Shown: piece by piece, positions 29,503-40,706 of the stretch
Numbering within the stretch: the stretch's first letter is position 1
Layout: every line of letters begins with the position of its first letter
DNA from: Deferribacterales bacterium
Lineage (GTDB): Bacteria > Chrysiogenota > Deferribacteres > Deferribacterales > Geovibrionaceae
NCBI GenBank assembly: GCA_050253075.1
Contig: JBFWJS010000004.1
Span: 160,001 to 224,000 of the forward strand
DNA length: 64,000 nt
Direction of reading: 5' to 3'
Translations under genes and position numbers: made by a program
The notes under the pieces: generated by a model
Seen by the model: the letters and a program-made list of their open reading frames with translations, nothing else
Databases searched by the model: none
Told to the model about the DNA's origin: nothing

Positions 29503-30454
29503 ATTCCATCTTCATCATATTGAGGATGATTGAGCCATCTTCATTTTTAACCACTACACTAAAAGTACTAGGCATATTTTTAGGTCCGATATTGCCGGAT
29601 TTAGTACTCCATGAATACTTATAGAAAGTTATCGCATCATCACTGTTATCTGCGCTGTCTCTCTTTTTCTCAAAATATGCGAGCATATTTTCATTCTTTT
29701 CAAGGTCTCTCTTGACCCTGTCAGTGTAATCCTTCATCTTTGGATTGTCGCCATAGTCCTCGAGCTGTTTCTTTTGGAGAGCGATAGTGTCTTTCATTGT
29801 TTCGATTGCATCCTCATTGGACTGCTTAACCAGGTTATCTGTTTTAGTCCATTTATCGCTTTGCAAAAGAAAAGAATCGATGGCTGCTTTGATATCCTCT
29901 TTGACCTTACCAGGGTTTGCCGTATCCATAGGGAACATGAAGTACAGATACTTGCTTGTCTTTCTGGAAAGATACTGAGTTGTGTTTCCCTGTATTTCTC
30001 TGATAATACCGATAGAAGCACCTTCTGGAAGATCTGCAACTTCCCAATAAGGACGCTTGAGATCCTCTTCAGTACTTTTTATCATCTGAGCCAGCATAGC
30101 CTTGTTCATGCCTGATTGTTTCGCTGACTTCATCAGACCTCTTCTGGCAAGTGCAATATCTTTTTCATACTGGGCTGCCGCTTCAGGGTTAGTAGCAGGA
30201 TCCATATATTTAGCAGGTATTGCATCAGGGTTAGAGCTTACACCATCAATGTAATAAAACAGCTTCTTTGCCAGAGGGGTCTGAGCGTACTGCTCAAGAG
30301 GCTTCAGGTCAGGCGGTGTCGACTGCAGATTAAGCCTTGTGGCATTCTTTTTCTTAATTTTCTGAACGTTGTTATATGCCATCATTGTAGTGCCGCATCC
30401 GACAAGCAATGTTGACATCATTAATAAAACAAGAAACACGGTAATTCTTTTCAT
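29495..30454 (-). CDS. Hypothetical lipoprotein
   Basis: Lipobox LLVGC, AGGAGG RBS, stop overlaps CHAT gene start. Confidence 0.8.
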   Translation of the reverse strand: MKRITVFLVLLMMSTLLVGCGTTMMAYNNVQKIKKKNATRLNLQSTPPDLKPLEQYAQTPLAKKLFYYIDGVSSNPDAIPAKYMDPATNPEAAAQYEKDIALARRGLMKSAKQSGMNKAMLAQMIKSTEEDLKRPYWEVADLPEGASIGIIREIQGNTTQYLSRKTSKYLYFMFPMDTANPGKVKEDIKAAIDSFLLQSDKWTKTDNLVKQSNEDAIETMKDTIALQKKQLEDYGDNPKMKDYTDRVKRDLEKNENMLAYFEKKRDSADNSDDAITFYKYSWSTKSGNIGPKNMPSTFSVVVKNEDGSIILNMMKMEYE

Positions 30455-30550
30455 ATTTTCCTCCTAGATATTTACACTTTGTAACAATACCATATATGCA
30501 TTTATACATGTATGCAAATTTCAAAATAGCGGTAATTTTCACAAAGGCAT

Positions 30551-30577
30551 AAAAAAAGGGCAGCCGAAGCTGCCCTT
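30551..30577 (-). terminator. Intrinsic terminator after ugd
   Basis: AAGGGCAGC-CGAA-GCTGCCCTT with T run on minus strand. Confidence 0.85.
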
Positions 30578-30585
30578 GTGGTTGA

Positions 30586-31917
30586 TTATTTAGGCTGAAC
30601 ACCTATCTGGAAGTAATCGAAGCCGAGCTCTTTCAGTCGCTTTCCGCTGTACTGGTTTCGTCCGTCGAATATCACAGGGTTCTTAAGTCTCTTTTTGATC
30701 TCTTCGAAATCAGGGCTTCTGAACTCTTTCCACTCGGTGACGAGTATCATAGCATCGCACCCTGTGAGAGCAGTATACTTGCTGTCGAGGTACTCTATCT
30801 CCTTCACATCTTTCAGATAGCATGTCTGAGCTTCGTGGTATGCTTTCGGGTCATATGCCTTGATTTTTGCGCCTTTAGCCACCAGTTCTTTGATAATGGT
30901 GATAGATGCCGCATCGCGCATATCGTCTGTCTCAGGCTTAAATGAAAGCCCCCAAACGGCAAATGTCATACCGCTGAGGTCTTCGCCGAATTTCTTGATG
31001 ATCTTTTTAGGGATGCTCTTCTTCTGCTCATAGTTTACTTCCTCCACAGAGGCAAGCAGTTTCGGCTCGTATCCGTTAACCTTTGCAGTGCGCACGAGAG
31101 CCTGAACATCTTTAGGAAAGCAGCTTCCGCCGTATCCGCATCCCGGGTAGATGAAGCTGTATCCGATACGGGAGTCGCTTCCTATACCGATGCGAACCTT
31201 ATTAACGTCTGCGCCTACGAGCTCGCAAATGTTTGCTATCTCGTTCATGAAGGATATCTTTGTGGCGAGCATAGAGTTCGCCGCATATTTTGTCATCTCG
31301 GATGAACGCACATCCATAGAGATAAATCTTTCGTGGTTTACAGTAAACGGAGCGTAGAGCTCTTTCATCACTTCGAGAGCGCCTTCGTTGTCGGTACCGA
31401 CGACAACCCTGTCGGGCTTCATAAAGTCCGCAACTGCCGCACCCTCTTTGAGGAATTCAGGGTTTGATATCACGTCGAAAGTGATGTTCGCACCACGCTC
31501 TGCGAGAGCTTTTGAAACAGCCTCACGCACTTTATCCGCTGTGCCCACGGGCACTGTCGATTTGTTTATGATGTAGGTGTGCTTTGTGATGTGTCGGCCT
31601 ATCTCGGAGGCAACAGCCAGCACATACTGAAGATCTGCGCTTCCGTCCTCACCCATAGGTGTACCAACTGCGATGAAGCAGATGTCTGTCTTGTCCAGAG
31701 CACCCTTTATATCAGTGGTGAAGTTGAGCCTCTCAGCCTTGTTATTCTCTATCACCATGCGCTCGAGCCCGGGCTCGTATATTGGGATGATGCCTTCGTT
31801 CAGCTTATCGATCTTATCTTTGTTAACATCGACGCATATTACATAGTTTCCCATCTCTGCAAAACATGTTCCTGTTACGAGACCAACGTATCCCGTTCCT
31901 ACTACTGAGATATTCAT
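30586..31917 (-). CDS. ugd: UDP-glucose 6-dehydrogenase
   Basis: GTGYVG, SNPEFLKEG, GYGGSCFPKD, FKPETDDMR. Confidence 0.95.
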   Translation of the reverse strand: MNISVVGTGYVGLVTGTCFAEMGNYVICVDVNKDKIDKLNEGIIPIYEPGLERMVIENNKAERLNFTTDIKGALDKTDICFIAVGTPMGEDGSADLQYVLAVASEIGRHITKHTYIINKSTVPVGTADKVREAVSKALAERGANITFDVISNPEFLKEGAAVADFMKPDRVVVGTDNEGALEVMKELYAPFTVNHERFISMDVRSSEMTKYAANSMLATKISFMNEIANICELVGADVNKVRIGIGSDSRIGYSFIYPGCGYGGSCFPKDVQALVRTAKVNGYEPKLLASVEEVNYEQKKSIPKKIIKKFGEDLSGMTFAVWGLSFKPETDDMRDAASITIIKELVAKGAKIKAYDPKAYHEAQTCYLKDVKEIEYLDSKYTALTGCDAMILVTEWKEFRSPDFEEIKKRLKNPVIFDGRNQYSGKRLKELGFDYFQIGVQPK

Positions 31918-32867
31918 TACATTCCACCTTTCTCTTTCAATAATCTGTCAAAGTATTCGACAGTTTTCACAAGCCCCTCTTCCAGCATGATAGAAGGCTC
32001 CCAACCGAGCTCTTTCTTAGCCAGAGTGATGTCGGGCTTCCTCTGCATAGGGTCATCCTGCGGCAGAGGTTTGAAAATTATGTTATTTTTATTTCCAATA
32101 ATCTTTATGACAAGTTCAGCAAGTTGTAAAATTGTAAATTCGTTAGGATTTCCGAGGTTCACAGGTCCTGTGAAGTCCTTCGGCTTTTCCATCATTTTGA
32201 GGAAACCGCTCACCATGTCGTCCACATAGCAGAAGCTGCGTGTCTGTTTTCCGTCGCCGTAGATGGTGATGTCTTCGCCCCGGAGAGCCTGCATGATGAA
32301 GTTGCTCACCACTCGCCCGTCCTGCGGGTGCATGCGAGGGCCGTATGTGTTGAATATTCTTACAACTTTTATGTTCAGGTCGTGCTGACGCTTATAATCG
32401 AAAAAGAGCGTCTCTGCGCATCTCTTCCCTTCGTCGTAGCAAGCTCTGATTCCGATGGGGTTTACAGAGCCTTTATATGTCTCGGGCTGCGGGTGAACCT
32501 CAGGGTCGCCGTACACTTCGGACGTACTCGCCTGCATCACGGGTATCTTGAGCCTTTTCGCCAGACCGAGCATGTTTATGGCACCCATCACGGATGTCTT
32601 CGTGGTCTGCACAGGGTCAAACTGATAATGTATAGGGCTCGCAGGGCATGCGAGGTTATATATCTGATCCACCTCTACAAACAGAGGGAATGTCACGTCA
32701 TGACGCATGAACTCGAAGTTCTTGTCATCCATGAGCGCTTTTATATTATCCTTTCTGCTGGTGAACAGATTGTCCACACAGAGCACCTCGTGCCCCTGTT
32801 TCAGCAGTCTTTCGCACAGATGGCTCCCCAAAAAACCCGCACCGCCTGTTACTAATATCCTCTTCAT
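31917..32867 (-). CDS. UDP-glucuronate decarboxylase (UDP-xylose synthase)
   Basis: [38 protein letters not shown]. Confidence 0.92.
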   Translation of the reverse strand: MKRILVTGGAGFLGSHLCERLLKQGHEVLCVDNLFTSRKDNIKALMDDKNFEFMRHDVTFPLFVEVDQIYNLACPASPIHYQFDPVQTTKTSVMGAINMLGLAKRLKIPVMQASTSEVYGDPEVHPQPETYKGSVNPIGIRACYDEGKRCAETLFFDYKRQHDLNIKVVRIFNTYGPRMHPQDGRVVSNFIMQALRGEDITIYGDGKQTRSFCYVDDMVSGFLKMMEKPKDFTGPVNLGNPNEFTILQLAELVIKIIGNKNNIIFKPLPQDDPMQRKPDITLAKKELGWEPSIMLEEGLVKTVEYFDRLLKEKGGM

Positions 32868-32877
32868 AAGTTCTCCG

Positions 32878-34176
32878 TTATCCCGCTACGGGAAAGATGT
32901 TATACGCATGGGGGACATAAGCTGTGTTCTCAGCCTCTCCCGCCATTCTGACGGCTTCATCTATGCTTTCCAGTTTTTTAAAGCCCATCCTCTCGCAGTC
33001 GGCCTTGTCAAAATCTGAATAGAGATAAACATCGAAAGCCTCCAGTCTTGAGCGGAGGTTATAAGCCGTCTGTCTGTTTATCTGATAGTCATTTAAAAGC
33101 TCTTCCAGCATGACATCGGCCGATGCCCTGTCGAAGAAGTCTTTAAAATAGTCGTTTCCGTATCCGTCGGCGCACTCCGCAAAGAAGAAGACCTTCGCCC
33201 CTTCTTTCAGCATGGGTGCTATCCTGTCGAGGGATTTCTGTGCCTGCACCATGTTGATATCCTTAGGATACCCGCCGGCAGAGAGAAATACCGCATCGTA
33301 CTTCTTATCTATTTTAACAGATGAAATGCCGTCCAGCTCTTCCGCTGCCTTCAGATGAGACATGAAGAGGTCTCCGCAGACCATATCTATTATGCCGCCG
33401 CTGTTGTCCAGCAGAGTGTTCACCGCAAAGAATGTGTGTGTGGAGCGGGATATCATCAGTGCATCGACAATGTCGTCGTGCACGGGGTTGTTCTTCAGAT
33501 TTCCTGTGACAGCCTTGTCGTCACGCTTTCTGGTGAGGCTGTTCAGGGCGAGCTTGTGGTTTGCCATTATGCTCTTTTTACCGCCGAGACCGGGCATGAT
33601 GAGCTTTCGCCCGCCGCCGTACCCTGCGAAGTAATGATAGCTCACTGAGCCTATTGTGATGATGGTGTCGTGCTCACGGTATGCCTTGTTTATCAGCACT
33701 GTCGTCTTGCGCTTTGTCACGCCGTAGAAGTCGTGAGTGTCATAATCGTCACTGTTATGAGAGAGCAGTTTATCTTTATGCGCTTCGTAAATGTCGGGTG
33801 TCAGTATAGTTTTTAGTTCATCTTCCGTCGGCTGCCTGTGCGTGCCTACGGCAATTATCAGATGAAATTCCTTCCCGTGCTTTATGATGGTGTCGATAAT
33901 GTAAGGAAGCATGCGCTCTGCGCCGGATTTGCGTGTGGCATCGGGCAGGATGAGCAGAATCTTATCCGCATCCTCGACGACCTCGTTCAGCCCGTAGCTG
34001 TACACGGCATTATTCTCCAGCTTTTCCTTTATCGCCTCATCTGTAAGGGGAGCTTTATCTATATGGACATCAATGATATCGACAGGTTTTGAAAGTGTTA
34101 CATCAACAGCACCTTTACCGCATGCTATGGTGAGCTTATCCGCCGATCTTTGACATGGTTCGTTTGTATCCGTCAT
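32878..34176 (-). CDS. LarA-family nickel-pincer racemase/epimerase
   Basis: [32 protein letters not shown]; start uncertain. Confidence 0.82.
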   Translation of the reverse strand: MTDTNEPCQRSADKLTIACGKGAVDVTLSKPVDIIDVHIDKAPLTDEAIKEKLENNAVYSYGLNEVVEDADKILLILPDATRKSGAERMLPYIIDTIIKHGKEFHLIIAVGTHRQPTEDELKTILTPDIYEAHKDKLLSHNSDDYDTHDFYGVTKRKTTVLINKAYREHDTIITIGSVSYHYFAGYGGGRKLIMPGLGGKKSIMANHKLALNSLTRKRDDKAVTGNLKNNPVHDDIVDALMISRSTHTFFAVNTLLDNSGGIIDMVCGDLFMSHLKAAEELDGISSVKIDKKYDAVFLSAGGYPKDINMVQAQKSLDRIAPMLKEGAKVFFFAECADGYGNDYFKDFFDRASADVMLEELLNDYQINRQTAYNLRSRLEAFDVYLYSDFDKADCERMGFKKLESIDEAVRMAGEAENTAYVPHAYNIFPVAG

Positions 34177-35131
34177 TCCTCTTCTCCGAAAGTACCGCGT
34201 GTTCCTGCTCTTTAATATTCAAGCCCTCGATTATGGCTTCACGCAGAGCCTTAGCATCCCCCGCCTTTATAGCGGGTACAAGGTCTATCTCTTTGTCTGA
34301 AAGGAGGCACGGACGCAGTTTGCCGTCGGCTGTGAGCCTCAGCTTGTCGCATTCATGGCAGAAGTGGTTTGATATAGGGGTAATGACGCCTATCATAGCG
34401 CCGTTATCCAGCTCAAAGTTCTGAGCAGGGCCGCCCAGCTTCGCCTTTTTCACCTCTTTCAGGGTGTACTTGCTTTTAATAATCTCTAGTATATCCTTAC
34501 CGAAGAGGATATTCTCCTCTTTCCATTCGCTGAAGTTGCCCACGGGCATAAACTCTATGAACCTAGTAATGATTTTGTTTTTAGCAGAAAATTCACAAAA
34601 ATCTAAGATCTCGTCATCATTATACCCTTTTATAACCACCATATTGGTCTTAACGGGGCCGATGCCCGATCTCTGGGCATGCTTTATACCGTCGATGATC
34701 TTATCCAGGCTGAATCCGCCTGTGATCTCGTTAAATCTTTCGGGCTTAAGGGAATCAAGACTTACGTTTACCCTTTGTATCCCTGCGTTCTTGATCTGAT
34801 CGGTAAATTTTTTCAGCAGTGCGCCGTTTGTGGTAAGGGTTACCTCTTTCAGCTTTTCCAAATGTCCGAGCTCTTCGAGAAACTCGCCGATACCCTTGCG
34901 CACGAGGGGCTCGCCCCCTGTCACACGCACCTTCTGAACGCCGATATCACAAAAAACTTTAATGGCGAACAGTATATCTTCGTATCTGAGTATATCGCTA
35001 TGGGACATGCACTTGAACTGGTCGGTAGGCATGCAGTATTTGCATCTGAAATTACATCTGTCTGTGACAGAGACACGGAGATATTTTATCTCGCGTCCGA
35101 ATCTGTCTTTCATTTTATCAGGCATAGACAT
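34136..35131 (-). CDS. moaA: GTP 3',8-cyclase MoaA
   Basis: YLRVSVTDRCNFRCKYCMP, FCHECDKLRLTADG, MSKIGG C-terminus; start among nearby ATGs uncertain. Confidence 0.96.
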   Translation of the reverse strand: MSMPDKMKDRFGREIKYLRVSVTDRCNFRCKYCMPTDQFKCMSHSDILRYEDILFAIKVFCDIGVQKVRVTGGEPLVRKGIGEFLEELGHLEKLKEVTLTTNGALLKKFTDQIKNAGIQRVNVSLDSLKPERFNEITGGFSLDKIIDGIKHAQRSGIGPVKTNMVVIKGYNDDEILDFCEFSAKNKIITRFIEFMPVGNFSEWKEENILFGKDILEIIKSKYTLKEVKKAKLGGPAQNFELDNGAMIGVITPISNHFCHECDKLRLTADGKLRPCLLSDKEIDLVPAIKAGDAKALREAIIEGLNIKEQEHAVLSEKRNDGYKRTMSKIGG

Positions 35132-35891
35132 CTTCTTCTTTAATTTCGCGTTTGCGTCCGAATGTCTTAGCAACGATAACGCTGAATTCGTAAAGAACTA
35201 TCATCGGACCGGACATCATAAGCTGTGTGAAAACATCCGGCGGTGTAAGTATAGCTGAAAAGACGACGATGCCGAAATAAGCATAGCGTCTGTGTTTTTT
35301 CATCATCTCGGCTGTCAGTATCCCCATCTTTGCGAGGAAAAGTACGAAAACAGGCATCTCGAAAACAATGCCGAAAGCCATGATAAGTCTTGTGACAAAG
35401 CTGAGGTACCATTGTATCGACAGGTTAGCCGTTACATATCCCTCTGCATATCCGAGGAAAAATTTGAACCCGAATGGGAATACTACGTAGTAAGCAAAGC
35501 TGGCACCGAGGAAGAAAAGCAGAGAGGACATCAGCACAAAGGAGAAGACATACTTCTTTTCCTGTGCGTAGAGCCCGGGTGCGATAAACTTCCACCCCTG
35601 ATAAAAGATGAACGGCATAGCAAAGAAAACTGATACCAGAGCAGACAGCTTCAGCTCTGTGAAGAAGCCCTCGGTCAGTTTCAAAAGCGCCATGCTGGAA
35701 TTCTCGGGGAGTATCGGCACTATGGGAGCAGTAATAAAGTCCATGAATATCTTGCTCTTCCAGTAGACAAGGCAGAAAACGACAATGAGAACGGCAATGA
35801 CGTATATCAGCCTTTTACGCAGCTCTTCCAGATGTGTGGTAAGGGGGAGAGCCTGTTCGACGCCCTGGTCCTTATCCTTATCCTTCGACAT
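35118..35891 (-). CDS. tatC: Twin-arginine translocase subunit TatC
   Basis: [25 protein letters not shown]. Confidence 0.96.
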   Translation of the reverse strand: MSKDKDKDQGVEQALPLTTHLEELRKRLIYVIAVLIVVFCLVYWKSKIFMDFITAPIVPILPENSSMALLKLTEGFFTELKLSALVSVFFAMPFIFYQGWKFIAPGLYAQEKKYVFSFVLMSSLLFFLGASFAYYVVFPFGFKFFLGYAEGYVTANLSIQWYLSFVTRLIMAFGIVFEMPVFVLFLAKMGILTAEMMKKHRRYAYFGIVVFSAILTPPDVFTQLMMSGPMIVLYEFSVIVAKTFGRKREIKEEDVYA

Positions 35892-36225
35892 TCTTCTTTA
35901 CCTCCGGCTCGGCCTCTGTCTCTGCCGATGCTGTGGATACAGTCTCGGTCTCTGCCTTTTCGGCAGTTTCTTCAGGCTTTTCCGCCGTCATCTCTTTGTA
36001 GTGTTCTTCGTAAACCTCGGCAGCCTTTTTAGGTGCTGCGGGCTTTTTAGGTTTATCGTCGTCAAAGTCTACGTTAACCGCATCTTTGAAGTCGTTCATA
36101 TATTTTTTGAATTCCGCGTATCCTTTACCCAGCCCTTTAGCAACTTCCGGGAGCTTTTTCGGGCCTATAACAATGAGGGCTACTGCAAGTATAAGGATGA
36201 TTTCTGACATTCCGAGTCCGAACAT
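35878..36225 (-). CDS. tatB: Twin-arginine translocase TatB (TatA/B family)
   Basis: MFGLGMSE...IVIGPKKLP; directly upstream of tatC. Confidence 0.8.
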   Translation of the reverse strand: MFGLGMSEIILILAVALIVIGPKKLPEVAKGLGKGYAEFKKYMNDFKDAVNVDFDDDKPKKPAAPKKAAEVYEEHYKEMTAEKPEETAEKAETETVSTASAETEAEPEVKKNVEG

Positions 36226-36373
36226 GTTAACCTCTTAATGAATATATCTTGCACCATACAGATGGCTATTTTGATAATATTAAAATTCAGCTAAAAAGCA
36301 AGATGTATATCAATTATTAAGGATTCGCAAACCCTGTTTACACATATTGTATGCCCTGTTATATTATTGGCAT

Positions 36374-37039
36374 ATGAAAGAACACTATCACGGCCACAGA
36401 GACCGTCTGAAAAAACGCTTTAAGAAAGAGCCCGAATCGCTCTATGACTATGAGGTCGTCGAGCTGCTGCTGGGCTATGTACTGCGGGGGCGTGATGTTA
36501 AACCGCAGGCGAAGGAACTGCTGGAAAAAGCGGGGAGCATGAGCGGCATACTCGGCTTCGACCCTGCAAAGGTGAAGGGGCTGGGCGAAGAGGCTCAGAT
36601 ATTCTTCGGCGCCGTGCGGGAGTTCTTCTCCAGAGTGGAATATGAAGAGCTAGACCGTGAGGCCATCATCATAGACAAGCCTGAAAAGGCGTCCGCATTC
36701 CTGAAGTATAAGATAGGCTACGACACAAAAGAGCACTTCGTCGCACTCTTTCTGGATGTGAATAAGAAGCTCGTCGGGTTTGACAACCTCTTTAAAGGTA
36801 CGGTGGACAGGCTCGCCGTTTACCCGCGTGAGATAGCTGAAAAGGCTCTGGGATATAAAGCGACCAGCGTGATAGTGGCGCATAACCACCCATCGGGGAA
36901 CATGCAGCCCTCAGAGGCCGACATACAGCTCACGGACAAGCTGATAAATGCCCTTGCGGCACTTGATATAAATCTCGCAGATCATATTATTATTACTACC
37001 AAAGGATTCTACAGTTTCAAACGCGAACAGGTGATTTAA
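36374..37039 (+). CDS. radC: RadC/JAB domain protein
   Basis: HYHGHRDRL, VYPREI, AHNHPSG..PSEAD, DHII. Confidence 0.92.
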   Translation: MKEHYHGHRDRLKKRFKKEPESLYDYEVVELLLGYVLRGRDVKPQAKELLEKAGSMSGILGFDPAKVKGLGEEAQIFFGAVREFFSRVEYEELDREAIIIDKPEKASAFLKYKIGYDTKEHFVALFLDVNKKLVGFDNLFKGTVDRLAVYPREIAEKALGYKATSVIVAHNHPSGNMQPSEADIQLTDKLINALAALDINLADHIIITTKGFYSFKREQVI

Positions 37040-37054
37040 AAAACGGAGCTTATT

Positions 37055-37939
37055 ATGAAACGTGTTCTAGTGACCGGCGCAACAGGATTTGTAGGCAATG
37101 CAGTGGTTGAATCCCTTATCAACAACGGCTATCAGCCAGTGGCTCTCGTACGTGAAGGGAGCGAATCCAAGCTGAAGCACAAGGCGGAAATAGCCCACGG
37201 CGACGTACTCGATAAGGAAAGCCTCACAGCGGCTCTAGAAGGGGTCTATGCCGTGATACACCTTGTAGGTATCATCAGAGAATACCCGAAAAAGGGCGTG
37301 ACATTTGAAAACATGCACCACATTGCCACAAAGAACATAGTGGAAGCCTGTAAAGAAAAACACGTTAAACGATACATACACATGTCTGCAAACGGCACAA
37401 GGTCAAACGCCGTGAGCATGTATCATAAAACAAAATACGAAGCCGAAGAGGAAGTGCGCAAAAGCGGACTGGAGTACACTATATTCCGTCCATCCCTCAT
37501 ATACGGTCCGGATGACAGCTTTATAAACATGCTGGCGGGATACATGAAGGGCACGCCGATATTCACATACTTCGGCGACGGCTCATACCCTATGGCGCCT
37601 GTATACGTTAGCGACGTAGCGGACTGCTTTGTTAAATCCATCGATAAACCCGAAACAGCAGGGATGATATATCCTCTCTGCGGGGAAAAGGTATACACAT
37701 ACAAAGAAGTGCTGAAGCTAGTGGGCAAGGCTCTGGGGAAAAATATCATACTCCTCCCAGTGCCGGAATTCGCCATCAGCCTCGGCATATCGCTCCTCGG
37801 AAAGACTGACTGGTTCCCTATTACAAGGGATCAGTTCATCATGCTGACCGAGGGAAATACATGCGACACAAACGATGCTTTTAAGATATTAAAAATAAAT
37901 AGAAGTGATTTTTTTGAAAAAATTGATTCTTACTTATGA
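37055..37939 (+). CDS. NAD(P)-binding SDR, NDUFA9-like
   Basis: TGATGFVG, HMSANG, YHKTK, RPSLIYG. Confidence 0.85.
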   Translation: MKRVLVTGATGFVGNAVVESLINNGYQPVALVREGSESKLKHKAEIAHGDVLDKESLTAALEGVYAVIHLVGIIREYPKKGVTFENMHHIATKNIVEACKEKHVKRYIHMSANGTRSNAVSMYHKTKYEAEEEVRKSGLEYTIFRPSLIYGPDDSFINMLAGYMKGTPIFTYFGDGSYPMAPVYVSDVADCFVKSIDKPETAGMIYPLCGEKVYTYKEVLKLVGKALGKNIILLPVPEFAISLGISLLGKTDWFPITRDQFIMLTEGNTCDTNDAFKILKINRSDFFEKIDSYL

Positions 37940-38007
37940 AAATCTATTGAAAACCATCGTTCGTTTTCCTATCATAAGCCACATCAAAAATCTGGAGATT
38001 ATTTAGT

Positions 38008-38487
38008 ATGAAAAGAGTCCTAATAGCAATGCTTATCATGATATTCGCAGTAGCCTGCGGAGACAATTCTGCAAAAAACTCTGCGGCATCAGCAGATATA
38101 CAGACAGTTTCAAAGGGTTTCATAGAACAGCTTAAGGCTGAACACGCCGGTAAGGTCATGATAGTGAACTTCTTCGCTTCATGGTGCCCGCCGTGCAGAG
38201 GCGAAACACCCGACTTCGTAGAAGCATACGAAAAACACAAAGACGGCAATTTCGTCATCGTCGGTCTCTCTGTGGATAAAAAGGCCGAAGACGCAGTGAA
38301 ATTCATCGATGAATACAAAATCACATACCCGGTGTATCTGGCGGACAACTCCCTCGGAGCAGAGATGAACATCAGCACCATCCCTACATCCATCATATAC
38401 AAGCCTGACGGAAAGCTCTTTGACATAGTTGTCGGACCGCTCACATCAAAAGAGCTCGACATTATCGCCGGAAGCTTTAACAACTAA
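38008..38487 (+). CDS. TlpA-family thiol:disulfide oxidoreductase lipoprotein
   Basis: Lipobox AVAC; NFFASWCPPC. Confidence 0.9.
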   Translation: MKRVLIAMLIMIFAVACGDNSAKNSAASADIQTVSKGFIEQLKAEHAGKVMIVNFFASWCPPCRGETPDFVEAYEKHKDGNFVIVGLSVDKKAEDAVKFIDEYKITYPVYLADNSLGAEMNISTIPTSIIYKPDGKLFDIVVGPLTSKELDIIAGSFNN

Positions 38488-38568
38488 AATAATTTTCTAT
38501 TGCACTATAAAGTAACAGCGTTATTTTAATATCTGTCGAACGATTTATGGTGTGGAGGCTGAAGAAGA

Positions 38569-39048
38569 ATGATAGAGACATCGGTTAAATGCGTGATAAA
38601 AGATCCGCTTACATCCAGATATATTCTGGTGCTTGAGACACTGTGCGGACACTACCTTGTACCCGTTTACATCGGAGCTTTCGAGGCTGAATCTATCTAC
38701 TGCATAATCAACAGGATAAAGTCCCCACGCCCCATGACGTTCGATTTCATATCCGGCATCCTCGGATTCATAGACGAAGTAAACATCGACAGAGTCGTCA
38801 TAGACAGATACGAAGACGGGCTTTACAAAGCAAGCGTCTTCGTAAACTGTAATAAGGTCGAAAAGCGCATAGACTGCCGTCCGACGGACGCCGTATCCCT
38901 CGCCCTGCAGATGGATGTGCCTGTTTACGTAGAGGATGACATCATCTCCTGCAAGTGCGTGAACAGAACCACCATGAACGAAATGGACAACAAGACACTG
39001 GGAACACTGATAGACAACGACCACGGTTCTATCTTCTGGAACGTATAA
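38569..39048 (+). CDS. Bifunctional nuclease (DUF151) family protein
   Basis: PVYIGAFEA, PRPMTFD, IDCRPTDAVSLAL. Confidence 0.88.
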   Translation: MIETSVKCVIKDPLTSRYILVLETLCGHYLVPVYIGAFEAESIYCIINRIKSPRPMTFDFISGILGFIDEVNIDRVVIDRYEDGLYKASVFVNCNKVEKRIDCRPTDAVSLALQMDVPVYVEDDIISCKCVNRTTMNEMDNKTLGTLIDNDHGSIFWNV

Positions 39049-39169
39049 GTCCATACTGTTTCGCTGTTTTTGCACTTAATATCGTTTACAAGTTTAATCT
39101 TTCTTTAACATTCCTTCGTGTATAATTCCCGAAAGTGTTAAAATAGAATAAATTCATTACGGCGGACGC

Positions 39170-40705
39170 ATGAGACAGATCTTCTATGCACCAATTTTTT
39201 TCTTTATTTTATTCATCGCATTTCTCATATCTTTTGAGCTGTATCAGGGTCGTCAGAACTATAACCGTATACTGGAGAGCAAAGCCAGAGAGCTGGTGAA
39301 CGCCACCATAACCTTCCGCAAATGGGCAGCCCGTGTGGAGAACCTATATGCCGACACGGACAAAGTAGCCCCAAACCCGTACCTCGCATGGCGTGACGAC
39401 AGAGACATAAACACCGACGGATACCATCTGACAATGGTAAACCCATCATACATGACACGTCTTGTTTCAGAAATATTTGCCGAGAGTGACGGCGTACAGA
39501 TACGCATGGTCGGGGTGAACCCACTGAACCATGCTAACGCTCCCGAAGAATGGGAAGAAGAAGGTCTAGAAGCATTCCGCAATGGTGCAAAATCATTTTC
39601 GATACATTCCAGTGCACCATTTTTCAACAGCACATACAGATATATTTCGCCTTTATATGTGGATGAAAGCTGCCTCTCATGCCACGCCAGAGACGGATAT
39701 GAGGAAAATGAGCTCATCGGCGGGATAAGCGTCACTATTCCCGAGAGTAAAATATCCTATGTAATGCTGAGAGGTACGGTGAGGAATGTCACAGTATATG
39801 CCATGATATCTCTGGTGCTGATAATAACCGTAACACTGCTGCAAAAGAAAGTTTTCATGCTGACACAGGAGCAGGAAAAAGCGATAGACGACCTGAACGC
39901 AGAGATAAAGCACAGAGAGATGACAGAAAACGCCCTCATGCGACAGACACGCATAGCATCGCAGGGCGAGCTGCTCACCCTCGTCTCCCACCACTGGAGA
40001 CAGCCTCTGAACGCTATCTCGCTCACATTCGACATGATCAAAGACGAACTGGCACAAATGAAAATGTCCGACAAGGACACATATGAAAACATCGGACACT
40101 CACAGGAGCTCATACAGGAACTGAGCGGATCGATAGACATGTTCAAGCAGAGCTTCGCCTCCACCGAAAACAGTGAGTTCAGCCTGACACAGGCATTGAT
40201 AACAGCCACAAACGCATTCGAGCCGATACTCTATTCATCCTCTATAAAGCTGTGGCTGAAGTGCAGCTCCGGATACGCCTTAGAGGACATCTGCATATGT
40301 TCGTCCAAAAAGCGCGCCCTGATGAAATGCCCTTTCAAAGACCTGAAGATAAAAGGGAACGAGAGCGAATTCAACCAGATAATCCTCGCCCTTCTGAAAA
40401 ACGCATATGAAGCCATAATGGAATACAGAGCCTCCGGCGGAGATGTCCGCAGCGGATACATAGCCATAGACATGCAGATAGAGGAAGAGCAGATAAGGAT
40501 ATCTGTCACAGACAACGGCATAGGCATATCAGACGAAAATGCCGACAAGGTTTTCGACCCTTACTATACATCAAAAGGCTATGAATACGGCAGAGGGATG
40601 GGGCTCTATTTCGCAAAGGTTCTGGCGAAGCACTTCGGCGGCGGGGACATCTCGCTCATCAGAGGTGAAGAGCATACGGAATTCATTGTGACTATAGGGG
40701 GCTGA
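39170..40705 (+). CDS. Sensor histidine kinase with periplasmic c-type heme (DUF3365-like) domain
   Basis: NPSYMTR, CLSCH, H-box SHHWRQPL, DNGIG, GRGMGL. Confidence 0.88.
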   Translation: MRQIFYAPIFFFILFIAFLISFELYQGRQNYNRILESKARELVNATITFRKWAARVENLYADTDKVAPNPYLAWRDDRDINTDGYHLTMVNPSYMTRLVSEIFAESDGVQIRMVGVNPLNHANAPEEWEEEGLEAFRNGAKSFSIHSSAPFFNSTYRYISPLYVDESCLSCHARDGYEENELIGGISVTIPESKISYVMLRGTVRNVTVYAMISLVLIITVTLLQKKVFMLTQEQEKAIDDLNAEIKHREMTENALMRQTRIASQGELLTLVSHHWRQPLNAISLTFDMIKDELAQMKMSDKDTYENIGHSQELIQELSGSIDMFKQSFASTENSEFSLTQALITATNAFEPILYSSSIKLWLKCSSGYALEDICICSSKKRALMKCPFKDLKIKGNESEFNQIILALLKNAYEAIMEYRASGGDVRSGYIAIDMQIEEEQIRISVTDNGIGISDENADKVFDPYYTSKGYEYGRGMGLYFAKVLAKHFGGGDISLIRGEEHTEFIVTIGG

Positions 40706-40706
40706 C

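Noticed and set aside
25588..30550. att duplication bounding the CHAT module at tRNA-Met
   Set aside because: I found no repeat of the tRNA 3' end near 30460-30550 and no integrase, so island status rests only on composition and position.
36374..37039. radC as a marker of a mobile element
   Set aside because: Full-length chromosomal type among housekeeping genes, with no mobility genes nearby.
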